From Octopus bimaculoides (taxonomy: Eukaryota), in assembly GCF_001194135.2 (NCBI RefSeq), contig NC_068985.1, forward strand, positions 501,816-565,815: a DNA stretch of 64,000 bases, read 5' to 3'. This document shows positions 1 to 12,712 of this stretch, piece by piece. The notes under the pieces were generated by a model that saw only the letters and a program-made list of their open reading frames with translations, did no database searches and was not told the origin of the DNA. How positions within the stretch are numbered: the stretch's first letter is position 1; every line of letters begins with the position of its first letter. The translations under genes and the position numbers were made by a program.

Positions 1-487
1 ACACACACACACACAATTGTGGTAGCAATGGCAAAAGAAGCACCGCTAATGATGATGGTGGCGATGGTGAAGAAGCGGCTGATTATAATGATGATAGCAG
101 TGGAAGTGAGACGAGGAAACTAGTGATGAGGATGATGGTAGTGCAAGTGACTGCAATGATGGTGACAATGTTTGCAGCGATGATGATGGAGTTAATTACA
201 GTGGTGGGGGGGGGTAAGAAGGTGATGATGAGAAGATGATGAAATATATCAAGAAAACACAAAGTTGACGATGATGATAATAATAGAAAGTGCCAATATT
301 AGAAGCAAAGTACGTGACTGGAAGATAGAAGAAATAAGAGGAGCTGTGTAGCAGGGGGGGGGGGAGGTATCATCGTCATCATCATCATCATCATAACTGT
401 CATCATTAATGTTATGGTTGTAGTGGGAATAAGTGTTGACAGTTGATAGGAGTAAAATAATTAACCCTTAACTTGGTCATACACACA

Positions 488-534
<47 letters not shown>

Positions 535-724
535 TGTTTCGGTTAGATAAGAAGATACAGGAGCTACATGACTGGTATAGGTGTGTGTTCTGAGCGTGAA
601 AAAGGGTACACAAACACACACACACATACATATACATATATATATACACAAACACATACACTCACAAAATACACATACATGCACACACACACACACACAT
701 GCACACACACACATGCACACACAC

Positions 725-772
<48 letters not shown>

Positions 773-2213
773 GCACACACACACACTCACAAAAAAACAC
801 ACACACACACATATGACAACATTAGTGTTTATGTGTATATATGTATATATATAGATTTACTTAAGTTCTTCATGGAGTTCAAGAAACCATTTGCTGATAA
901 AGTACAAAAAGATTTAGAAAAATACCTGGTGGTTGATTGAGTTAGTTTGTGCATGTAGGTAGGTGCATGCACCTGCATGTTTGCATGCACGATTACTTTT
1001 GAAATATGCATCTTTGTAGATGCATACAATCAAGAGTGTGCGCATTCGTTTAAAAAATCTCCAATGGAGAATCTGTTTGAGTTGGAGGACTTCATCCTGC
1101 ACCAATGTCTTCTTTGATATTCGGTTTTTACAGCCGATGCCCTTCCCAATGCCAACCGTTTTATCGATTGCAATGAGTGCTTTTGCCCATCTATGACAAA
1201 GGTATTGTAATGTGCAAGTCCCTAAAGTGTGGCCCCTATGACTGAGGGAAATCAGAAGAGAGAATGGGCCTAGGTAGAGGGATGGGAGGGTATTGAAAGG
1301 GGAAGCTAGGGGAAAATGGCAGGGAAGGGGGGAAGGGATTAATAACAGGGTCGAAAAGAAGGAAAGAATGAGACTGAAAAGATGATGGGGAGGTGTCTGG
1401 AGCTATCAAACATTATAAGAGGAGAATAGGGACAGGGAGTGTGAGGGAAAGGGGACTTGAAAGGAGTAATAAGCAAGGATGGAGATGGAATCCTGAAGGA
1501 AAGAGGGGGAGGCTCATGTGCAAAGGTCAGAAGAGGAAGATGAGATGGGATGCTGAAGAGGCAGATTTTCTGTGGTTGGATACCCTTCTTACCAGTTGCA
1601 AAACAAGGTAATATTTCCCCAAGGCAGATATGTTTCCACAGAATATTGTAAATTGTACAATCACTCACTCACAAGCATACATATGTACATACATACATTA
1701 TATACATGCACACAGACATACATACACACGCATGCATTTACTACACTGATGAAACTAGTGGTGACCTGTAGAGCAGAAGTGGACTTTGTTTTTTGACCGT
1801 TGAGTATTTAAAAGTTTTATTTAGAAACATTTTACAGGAAGAAAAAAAAAAAAATTTTAAGTATTAAAAATCAAATTATCAAAAAAAAAAAAAAGCCTGG
1901 AACTACATCACCAAGGAAACAAAGAAAAAGGAAAAGGAAGGGGAAATAAGGAGCAAAAGCAGAGGGAAGGGTGTAACACATTGTAGGCCCCAGATGAAAT
2001 GGTGTGCTCAGCTGTGCCTTATGGAGATAACTGCAAAGGCATTGACCATGGGAAATGGCCAGTGACATTCACTGCCAGCGCCAGAATATAAGAAGCAATT
2101 TACTTCAGCATTTATGATGGAGAGGTCAAAGGATCTTCATTGAGGTCAACATCTGCAATGTTCTACACGATTAGAATAGAAAGTAACACTTAGACATACA
2201 TATATGTTATACA

Positions 2214-2586
2214 CAGGGCTGGGTGAAGGCCCATACAGGTCCTAAGCACTTAAAAGATTTGGGTGCCCCCATACATTCATAATTCAAAATATGGACAGTC
2301 ATAAGCCATAAAATAAGGTTTATCTTTGCCTACTGTCACTTTATTTGTCTTTGATAAGTTTTCACCTACTTATTTGAATTACAAAGTCTTTGATGAAATC
2401 CTCCTTTGACACCAGGAACACTCTGCAATTATATGTATGATCATATATAGCATTTCAAATATCATCTTAGCAAGTTTAAAGTGATTTCTTTTGTGCCATA
2501 AACCATTTACCATTTCTGTGGTATCTCCTACTTCCCTTGGTACCCTTAACGCATACTGTTTTTGCATAATGGTTAATCCAGCTCTG
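2214..2586. mobile_element. hAT-type MITE
   Basis: Degenerate TIRs CAGGGCTGGGTGAA / CAGAGCTGGATTAA (reverse complement of right end); 8-bp flanks GTTATACA and GCTGTACA (6/8 identical, TSD-like). Confidence 0.6.
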
Positions 2587-3681
2587 GCTGTACAACAGCT
2601 ATATTGATGATATATTTGTTATTGCGATCAAAACACAGGGAGAGGTTGATAATTGAAAGGAAGGCCTAGAAACGTTCTGTAGAATATCCAGAAAAGTCAA
2701 ACTATGACTCTTCATTACACCATTTCTATAGACAGAAGCAATCTAGATATATCATGTCTATCTAAATTAATAAATGTCTTCTTTACATGGAAACAGTGAA
2801 TTGAACAAAGATATAAAATGCCAATGGTGAAACCACTCCTTGGTTGAGGAACATTTAAATAATTTACATTATGCAAATGAAGTTCTATGCAAAGAAACCA
2901 ACAGAATAAAAGAACAAACATCAACAAAGGTTATACAAAGCAGCCGGTAGACCAAACAAGAGAACAACTCAGGACACAACATTCAATGCATAAAAACTTC
3001 ACACCAAACTGAACATTATAAACAGAACATAGGAATCATATCCATAAAAGAGATGAACAGATTATGGAAAACATTCCTAAAACTGAACACATTGTGTTGC
3101 AGCCAGAGTCATAAACTAACAATAATGATATGCTATGAAAATGTTATAAGTGAAAACGAATAGCATTCGCTCACCATTGCATCGCAAATTGCCAAAGATA
3201 GCAGCTGAGTGTAGTTCGTGCCAAGCTGCCGACAATGTCCCCAAAGACCTAATTTTACAGTAACATTAAGTACATACGAATGCGAATGTGGGTGTTTATT
3301 CATTCATAAGCCAAGCTGTCTTTGTACTCTAGTAATTATGTAAATGAATTTTGTGCTGAGGTTTATACCTGCATAGTGTTTAGTATGCAGCATCGAGCTG
3401 TACGAATATAAAAGCGAAGTCTCAAACTGAAGCACACACACACACATATGTATGGATATATATATATATATATACATATATATATGGAAAATAACAACAA
3501 CAACAACAGCAATAATAATAATAATAATAATGATGATGATGATGATGATGATGATGATGCATGTGTCTGGTGTACCCTTTTCAAATGGGTAGTCATGATG
3601 GGTATACTTTACCCCAGTGTCACTTTGACGGCATGCACTGCTCTCTCACTCAACAACAATAATAATAATAATAATAATAAC

Positions 3682-3835
3682 TACTGCTTCATATTTTGGC
3701 ACAAGGCCAGCGTTTTAGGTGCAGTGTATTTGTTGATAACAGCAACTCTCAGTACATGACTGGTACTTTATTTCATTGACCCTGAAAGGATGAAAGGCAA
3801 AGCTGTTCCCAGCGGAATTTGAACTCAGAAAATGA
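3682..3835 (-). mobile_element. tRNA-derived SINE fragment
   Basis: Reverse-complement similarity to the SINE at 35294-35505 (gagttcaaattccgc B-box, gtcaatgaaataaagtaccag). Confidence 0.6.
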
Positions 3836-3899
3836 AAAATTAGAATAATAAGAGATATCAACAATAATAATAATCAGAGCCAGAACCCTAATCCTACTG

Positions 3900-5530
3900 A
3901 AAGAAGCCACTGGCAGCAGACATGTAGGGAGCTGAGGAAAGCCCTATTTGGTGGTCGTGTGTTGGCACAGTTGTGCTGTGGCAACTGTAGCTAATCAGGG
4001 CTGGGTGTGTACCTACAAAAGCAGCAGTCACCAGCCCAGCAAGAGCGCACCTTTTTGCAGTCAGTCAGCAAAAAGACTCGATGCCACAACCATCAGTGAA
4101 GAGGTTGTCAACTGATCACACAGTGCATTTCAGGTGCAAGAAAGATGCTTAACTCATCAACTCTTCCACTATGAGAGATCCTCTTGGATCCGTCCACAAT
4201 GAGAGATCCTCTTTCTTTTAGGTAATAAGAAAAAGAACTTTAATTCTGCAACTCTTAATGTAAGATCAATGAAAAGTAGGTTTGGGTGAAATTGTCGAGA
4301 TATGAGAGCAGAAATGAGTAGAAGTGCTGTGTGCAAGAGATGAGATGAAAGGGGTCTTCAGCTAGATTCATCAAGGCTAAACAACATGAGTACAAATTCT
4401 TCTGTCTGGGTAACTGTGCTGGTTTGGTTAGGGTAGGCATTCTGGTGGTTGGAAAGCCCTACAAATGGGGCTAACAAATGAACAAAGGCCTGGTTGTATG
4501 AAACCTTTATGCACACCACCTCATTAATTGATGAAAGCAGCATCATTATCTTGACATGTTGGACCCGCTACCTTGGAGTACATGATGGTTATGGATATAA
4601 TTTTAGAGAAGAGGAGGGATCAAGGTTCCTAGAGTTATTCAATGGCAGCTGGTACGGCCAATGCCATTCTGCTTAGAGTAGAGACCATGTAATATCTAGA
4701 GGAAAAATTCCTGATATACAATCAAAACTTAGAATGAAGAGAGATTAGAGTAGATTTAGCAAAAATTGAGATTTTAGTAAACAGGAAAGAAGACAGGACA
4801 ATGATACCATCAGAGAAATGACTATGCTAAGTATGCAGAAACGGAATAGGAAGAAGATCCATAGTTTATGCTATGTGATCCATGGATGCACAAGAGATGA
4901 AGCTGACAGTAAATGGAGACTTTAACAATGGTAAATGTTCAGGAGTAATGAGCTGTGAGAGGACCAATAAATAAAACTCCTAATGCGCAAAGGGTTCTTT
5001 TGGGGCGAGTGTTACATAGGTGGTCTAATTAGGAGAGGAGGAATGAGTACCGAAAATGTAGTAGTTTGAATTAGAGTTAGTAGAGAAAGCTGAGAGAAAT
5101 ACTAAATCTGTGGTACCTTTTGAACCAAGAATAGATTGTATAATGTATCTGAAATGTGGTGATGTATGAGCATTGAATGAAGAAGATGTGCCATGGTTGG
5201 GAAGAAATAAAGTGAGGATGAATCAGTAAATGTGTAATGTTATTGCGCACAAAAGACAACAAATGAATTGAGAGGTAAAGCGGACATAGGAAGAACCAAG
5301 TGCAGCAAACAGAGAACAATGGCGATGCTGGTGCAGATGTGTGACGCATGTAGGTATAATGGGAAAGAAGATGTGTGAAATTGCAAAGAAAGTAAAATTA
5401 AAAAAATCTAAGAAACTATGGGTAGAAGTTGCAAAGACTGGTCTCAGAAAGTTCAATCTCCATAAGTGGCAGGATGGTTTCTTGGAGGGGAAACGTGCAA
5501 CTCATGCAAGAATGGGAAAATGGAAAGATA
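3900..5530 (+). mobile_element. Highly decayed LINE remnant (probably RTE)
   Basis: Broken frames with LINE-like peptides such as KAKQHEYKFFCLGN..VGILV; no intact ORF. Confidence 0.35.
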
Positions 5531-5587
5531 AATGATGATAATTATATAAATGTTCATTTATGTATATACTATCTATCTATCTATCTA

Positions 5588-5880
5588 TCATTTAACATCT
5601 GCTTTTCATGCTGGCATGGGTTGGATGGTTTGACAGGAGCTGGCCAAGCAGAAGACTACCTCAAGCTTCTGTGTCTGTTTTGACATGGTTTTTACGACTG
5701 GATGCCCTTCTTAACACCAACCACTCTGCAGAGTGGTCTAAGTGCTTTTTATGTGGTACCAGTGCCAATGAGGTCAGTTTTGGTATGGTTTTTACAGCTG
5801 GATGCCCTTCCAAACATCAACCATTTCACAGTGTGGACTGCATGACTTTTTTTATACCACAAGCGCTAGCAAGATGACCA
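5588..5880 (-). mobile_element. RTE-family 3' end / non-autonomous derivative
   Basis: Shares tttaacatctgcttttcatgctggcatggg and ctggatgcccttc motifs with copies at 22730, 46790, 53730 and 57897. Confidence 0.75.
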
Positions 5881-6199
5881 AGTAACTTGAGAGGAGAAGG
5901 AGCAATGGAGGAGCTGGTGGCAAAGTGCTGGGGACATACTCACAAGCAAACAGGGATCAGAAATATAGATGGGATGGTATAAAGTAAAAAAAAGTAAGAT
6001 TAAGGTGGTAGCAATTGCCAAGGCAAACCTTCAACGTACGGAGGTCATAATATAAGCGACAGGAGTGAGTGGGGAGTGGGGGTGGAGAAGGCAATGACTG
6101 GTGACAAGCTGGGTATGCAGACGGGATGGGGGACTATGGGATAGCAATGATGGAGTGAGGAGAGCATTGAGGACAGGATTGGGGAGTAGGAGATAAACA

Positions 6200-6500
6200 T
6201 AGTGTTATGCATTTCAAGCCCAAACCAACATTGTCTTCTTTCTTGCAATGCTACATTTGATTCCTCTGATGCCAAACTTTTCTCTCAATGCATTTGCACT
6301 TTGTCATACTTGCACACAGATATTGCACATCCAGTGGCGCATACTGCCTTCATTCCACTCCAGTCTATGCATGTTTTCTGCATTCTGAGCCCATGTCTCC
6401 CTGTTCTACACAAGCATCATTCAGTCTACCTTTGCATTTTTGCAGTCTTTCCAGACTCCTGTCTCTTTGCTTTTATTGCACTGTCTACCTCCTTGTTCCA
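6200..6500 (-). mobile_element. RTE LINE fragment (RT C-terminal region)
   Basis: Alignable by eye to 58300-58520 of the longer RTE copy. Confidence 0.55.
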
Positions 6501-6544
6501 CCCCTATGTCACCCTCAGCCTAGCTGGGACTGTGCACCAGCCAC

Positions 6545-6579
<35 letters not shown>

Positions 6580-6582
6580 CAC

Positions 6583-6674
6583 ACCTGGTGTAGCCATCTG
6601 GTTCACCAGTCCTCAGTCAAATCGTCCAACCCATGCAAGCATGGAAAGCGGACGTTAAACGATGATGATGATGA
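6583..6674 (+). mobile_element. RTE-family 3' terminus with (GAT)n tail
   Basis: cctcagtcaaatcgtccaacccatgcaagcatggaaagcggacgttaaacgatgatgatg, same as 22800-22898. Confidence 0.8.
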
Positions 6675-7798
6675 TTATATACATGCATGTGTACTATTTA
6701 CATCATCCACAGAATGGATTATGTTAACAAAATGTTCACAGAACGTATAACCATTCCAACATACTTCAGCACACTATCCCTCTACCCACTTTCAACCATC
6801 AATGTGCATGTCAACCTAAGTGTATAGTAAAGCTTATGTGCCCAACATGAAATGCAGTGGAATTGAACTCTGGACCTTATGACTGAAGACAACTGTTTCA
6901 CATCAACCGTTGATATATTTCAATATATAACGTGAGTGTATTTGTAAATCCCCAGTTGTAGGCCGGCAACACATCTTTTTACATGGGACACGTATTTTCA
7001 AATATTTTATAGTCTCAGACGTTTTCGTGATACTTTGTTTAAATTCAGGATAAATGTTGCTGTTCGATAAATAGCGATCAACAAAATACATATCAGCTGT
7101 TTAGATAGGTGGGGTTGACTTGCTCGACTCGAAAATGCATACATACATACATACATACATACATACATACATACAGACATACAGACATACATACATACAT
7201 ACATACAGACATACATATATACAGACGTACGTATTTATAGGTCGTATGGTAGGTTGCACAAGCAGGAGAAACGAAATTCGATCTACTAAATATCGCGTTT
7301 ATATTATTTTATCTATAATAAAGTAGCTACACTGGTAACTTTTGCACCGAGGTTTCAATACGAAAGCACTTACGGAACGTGAATAGGTTTCAGTTTTTAA
7401 ATTTTATTCAATATCAGTGAAACGTGCGTATATATATATATATATATATATGAATAATCCACACGTACAAACATCTATATGTGTGTCTACTTGAAAGCAT
7501 GTATCCATGTAATTAATGCAACACACAAGCACACGCGCGTGTGTGCGCACTCTCTCTCTCTCACGCACGCGCACACATAAACCCCGACTTTGCTGAGTGT
7601 TGCAGTTTTGATGGAAACCCTTTCACGTTGGCGGATCAATGAATCAGCCTTCTGCAAGGGACACGTGTTTTTCCGCGTCGCTTCTTACTACAACATCGCT
7701 CTCTCTCTTTCTCTCTCTCTGTTGCCAACATGTGTGTGTGTGTGTGTGTGTGTGTTGGTGCAAACGGGGAAAAATAGAGCTGAAAATACGAGTCTATG

Positions 7799-7950
7799 TA
7801 TATTTTTATTAATATTTAGCAGAAGTAACTGAGTGACTCTAGGTCCGAGAGTTTCGAAGTTGACACTTATCAAAGTGATAAGTGCCAACACACGAAACTC
7901 TCGGACATTGAGTCACTCTGTTACTTCTGCTAAATATTAATAAAAATATA
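7799..7950. mobile_element. Palindromic fold-back element (MITE-like)
   Basis: 74/75-nt inverted arms (7799-7872, 7876-7950), 3-nt loop AAG, few mismatches; begins and ends in TA. Confidence 0.75.
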
Positions 7951-8793
7951 AATGCATACATACATACATACATACATACATGCATGCATACATGCACACA
8001 CACACATAAACATTATATATGTATGTGTATAATCTGTTAGCGTGCATGTTATATACACGCATACAAACGTTCCTACATACATGCAAACATATGTAATAAG
8101 TATGTATACATACACACACATACATACATACATACACACATACATACATACACACACACACACATACATACACACACATCCCTGACACTCTCTCACGCGC
8201 GATCTTTGTGTGTGCGTGTGTTGTAATGGTGTTTATAGTGCCTTGCTAGCGGTGGTAGTAGTAGTAGTAGTGGTGGTGGCAGTGGTGTTGGTGGTGGTAG
8301 TGGCGGTGGCAGCGGCGGCAGTGGTGGTGGTTGCAGGGGTTGTAAAGTCCGCTACGACGGTGATGGTTGTAAGGTGCGTTCGGTTGTAAATTATGGAGGA
8401 AGTCAAAGGGTCAGTTACCAACGAAAGACCCAAATATTCTTTGTTCTAGCAATTCGCCCCTGCTACGATATTCTCTCCGCCAAGCTTTTGTGGATACCTG
8501 AGTGTGCTGCGCTGGTTTGACAATGGTGACCATCAGCAGAACAGTAGAGAGAGAGAGAGAGAGAGATGTTTTGTTATATAAATATACGAGGTGGTGGTGC
8601 GTCAAGTGATGGTGGTTTTTATGGAGTTTTAATGAAGGTAGTAGTAGTAGTGACATTATCGAACCCATATCACCAACGTGGTTATCGCGTTTCACTTCTG
8701 GGTTTAGTTTCAGACATCGAAGCGTGGGGAAACTGAAAGAACGGCGGGTGCGCTTCCATATATTCACGCGTACGCACCATTTTGTGGGCAGAT

Positions 8794-8837
<44 letters not shown>

Positions 8838-9288
8838 GTCATCGCGTACAATAATGTTTTATGCGATGGTGACAAGGTAAGAAAGCGCATGATGCTCATT
8901 GTGATAGTATGTGTACATACACACATACATACACACATGTATGTATGTATGTATGTATGTATGTATGTATTGATGTGATAACTGGTAATGATGAGTGTGT
9001 ATTCGCTGTATGTACAGCCAGTGTTTAATACAGTATTCAGCGTTACAAGTAGTGGCAATGATATTAAAAGAATAAACGATGCACTTGGTTTAATGCTCGG
9101 ATATTTCAACGATATCTAAACACATTGAGCAAACAGTATGTGCACTAACACACACACACACACACACACACATACATGCACACACGCTGTCACATGGTTT
9201 GGTCTGGTTTAAGCTCGATGTCCTAAACGTCAACCACTTTACACACACACACGCATACACACATACATACATACACTTTCACACACAT

Positions 9289-9323
<35 letters not shown>

Positions 9324-9335
9324 TGTATGTATAAA

Positions 9336-9425
<90 letters not shown>

Positions 9426-9505
9426 TTCCTCCTCTTCTTCCTTTTCTTCCAGCCCCCTCTATTTTCGCACATTGACGAACTATTCACCATCATCATCGCC
9501 AATCA

Positions 9506-10650
9506 CATACTTCCACTTTAATGACACAAATTTCAAACGGATTTCGTTTCTATCCATGAGATCAAACCTGTCACACCTTCTGACTTCCACCAATACGGAC
9601 AAGCTATAACATAGGGCTCTTAACACTTGTAACTCCTGGATCTTTTCCAGGTATACAGATGATATCCTAATACTGATTCCTCTTTGGAAACTTAACATAT
9701 TATACAAATTCAACAGCGTTGTCAACCCTATAAATTTCAAAATCAAATACCCCGATGACATCTGATCTCCTTCGCGGTTCGATTCCCAGCCCAACAGGAA
9801 GGATCTATCCACGCCACTTTCTACAAGAAAGCAATCAGCAGGGACCTACCTGTGCGCTACGTTTAGGCCATTCGCAACAGTAACAAAGCTATCTTCGTAC
9901 AAAACGAAATTTCAAGGATACGCAACAGTTGCAGCAAAAGTACTTAAAGCTATCAACAGACGATTCCAAAAAGTTCTACTAAATAATGGTTAACAATCAT
10001 CTTTTGCCAAATGCTAGAAGGTTCGTATATATATAAAAGGAAGATCTACACTTTCAGAGATGGTTTGTGATTCCTGAGCCTGCCATATTTCGATGATAGA
10101 ACTTCTGTTACTATAATTCACTAAGTGACCCATAGAGTGGAACTTAACATTCAGAAGGCAGTCTCCAGTCCTTCCTTGAAGAAATTCCTGTTTGAAAATT
10201 AACAGACAGCGACGATGTATGTACACTGGCCAACTGCTCAATGAACTAAATCGACTTGTGCTCGATGGTCTACGTAGTCCACCTAATATTCTGCAATAAA
10301 TGGGGTGGTTCCTACATGGGAAGCACCATCCGAAAGCTACATGTCAGCATTAAGGAACATATGGAAGCAAATACACCCGTACAAAAATACTAAGGGAAAT
10401 ACCACACGCAATATTTTATGGTTAGCAACCAGGTAACTGAACGCAAAATTGACAATTTGAGAATCTAGGAAGCACTCCACCCCTTCTTAATAAACTGCAA
10501 CTATTGATCAAAAACAGACAAGAGATAAGAAGAAAACAACAACAGCATCCTGTACATGTCCCAAACCACACCTAATTCCAATACGAATAAACAAAAATCA
10601 GTTGGACATCGTCCTCCTGATGAAGGGCTGTTCATCCCAAAATGTTAGAA
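9506..10650 (+). mobile_element. Penelope-like retroelement remnant (RT + GIY-YIG)
   Basis: YFHFNDTNFK, RYTDDIL (YxDD, 9649-9669), FYKK-like motif, then YMGSTIRKLHVSIKEH (GIY-YIG second motif, about 10313-10360), and CTGATGAAGGG...CCC at the 3' end; many stops and frameshifts. Confidence 0.75.
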
Positions 10651-11812
10651 ATATGATATTAAGCGTACATCGTTCTCCTGCCTTCTTTGTTTCAGTTTTC
10701 GCTCCTACTTTTTAATTTGCATTCTACTGGCTTTTAAATTTCAAAGTGAATATCCATATTTGTGTGTATGCGTATATATGTATGTAGTGTGTGTGTGTGT
10801 ATAGATATATCTCCCAAGCAAACACACATACGCATATACATACATTTAGATCTATGGTTGGGGACGCTTAGCTAGTACAGCCGAGAGTTCTACGATACAA
10901 ATATTCATTCAACTCCACGATGAACCTTTTTCACGCGATAGTTGAATTTCGCATGGTTTTAATTAATAACATCTTTACTCTCTTAATTAATCGAATGCTA
11001 AACCAGCCGTTGAGCTTCATACCACGTGTGTGTGTATATATAATCTTTAAATCATTCTGACGATGTTTGTGAAATGGAACGAGATAAATGCAAATTTACT
11101 TCAAAAATAACAAACTGAAACAGCTGTAAATGTTTTTTAACAACAGGTAACCTTTTAATACCAATGATCAACTTCTAATTGTTGCTTCATTCCTTTTCTT
11201 ATCTGTATACACACGCATATATATATAATTCTAACAAGCAGAAAATAAGTATGGCTTTCAATGCTTTATAGGACTTAGACGCTTTCAAGAAATGTTTACA
11301 AAACTGTATGTAAAAGAAAAATTATGCACTTTACCTCATCAGTGTCCTGCAATAGATATACTGAAATGCATAATATTTCTATTACTGTTATGTAATTATT
11401 TCAGCATTTTGATGTGACACTTTACGTCCTATAAAGCATCGGATATCATAACTGTTTTCTGCTTGTTTTATTATTATTATTATTATTTTGGCTTATATCT
11501 CGTAGTTGATGCCCTGAGTCGTTCTACAATGGATACTAGAGTGGAGTATGGAACCCACGACTGAATTTCGTTTTTGGCTGCGTGTCACACTTTAGCGTGC
11601 ACCCACACTTTTTTGGTATATATATGTAATTCAAAAATTGTTACGAGGGATGTATAATCCTAGCGGTTACTGTGTTCGCTCTTATCGGTTGTGAATGCCA
11701 ACTAGCCACAGTGTTTACAAAATTCGAATTAGTTAAATCTACTATACTCGGTTAATCCTCACTTGGCAAATCCGAATGTCCTTATAAGGACTGCATATTT
11801 CTGTAGAGAAAC

Positions 11813-12028
11813 TAATGAAGTTAATGAAGATCAAGAGAACGGAGATTTTCACATCCAAGTTTTATTTCTTCGCTGAGACCTACGACTAGTCTCCCCAAGA
11901 TGCACACCTAACAGTGTGCAGCAGCTTGCAGTGGAAACACGTGTAGGTCTAAACGAAGAACTATATCAATAACTATATAATAAAACTTGGATGTGCAAAT
12001 CTCCTCTCTCCTGGTCTTCATAAATTTC

Positions 12029-12032
<4 letters not shown>
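11813..12032. mobile_element. TA-bounded palindromic MITE
   Basis: About 54-bp TIRs (taatgaagttaatgaagatcaagagaacggagattttcacatccaagttttatt and reverse complement), a second inner inverted pair (tcttcgctgagacctac / gtaggtctaaacgaaga) and central hairpin tgcacac-ctaaca-gtgtgca. Confidence 0.8.
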
Positions 12033-12068
<36 letters not shown>

Positions 12069-12127
12069 GCATACGCACAAAAGTCCATAAGCATATATGT
12101 TTTCATGTCAAGCAATCTATGTATATA

Positions 12128-12290
12128 CTAGCAAAGCTGGAGAGGAGGCGATAGGGGCGGTCTGCCTTGGACGGCACTTTTAAAGGACACCACCTCTGGG
12201 TCTACTATAGGCAATATATGTTTTTTTGTGGGGTCCGGGGGCGGCAAACGGAAGGGCCGCTCCGGGCGGCACACATTCTAGCCACGCTAG
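12128..12290. mobile_element. hAT-type MITE with perfect 8-bp TSD
   Basis: TGTATATA at 12120-12127 and 12291-12298; ends CTAGCAAAGCTGGA / CTAGCGTGGCTAGA (reverse complement); GC-rich subterminal direct repeats. Confidence 0.75.
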
Positions 12291-12565
12291 TGTATATATG
12301 TATGCATATGCATATGCATATACAAACATATATCAATGCATTTACATATGCCCTTACTGTCGCTAACCCTTGCCTGCATCCAAGCAAGGTAATATTTCCC
12401 TATGGCTGGCCCCTAAATGTTCTTGCAGCAATTTGAAAATGAATGAAGCTAGTTGTATGATAACAACAATCATTTACAACTCTCACACAACATCACGACA
12501 AAGAGACAACACAAACACACACGTACTAAGAAATTTGTACATATGTGTGTGTGTGTGTGTGTGTG

Positions 12566-12712
12566 TACGACGGGCTTCTTTCAGTTACCTTCCACCAAAT
12601 CCACTGGCAAGGTGATGGAGCTATAGTCGAAGACACCTGTCCAAGTTGCCAAGCAGTGAACTGTACCCGGAAGTCTGTGGTTCGGAAGCAAAGTTCTGAA
12701 ACCATGACTGCA
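12566..12712 (-). mobile_element. tRNA-derived SINE, 5' part
   Basis: Same as 46330-46484 (gggcttctttcagtt...ccaaatccact...ctatagtcgaagacac) and reverse of 61609-61750. Confidence 0.75.

Noticed and set aside
8411-9109. 232-aa minus-strand ORF
   Set aside because: Runs through three microsatellites; no recognisable domain; internal donor GTATCC is weak.
9770-9795. tRNA B-box GGTTCGATTCC
   Set aside because: No cloverleaf or A-box; lies inside the Penelope remnant. No true tRNA gene was found in the window.
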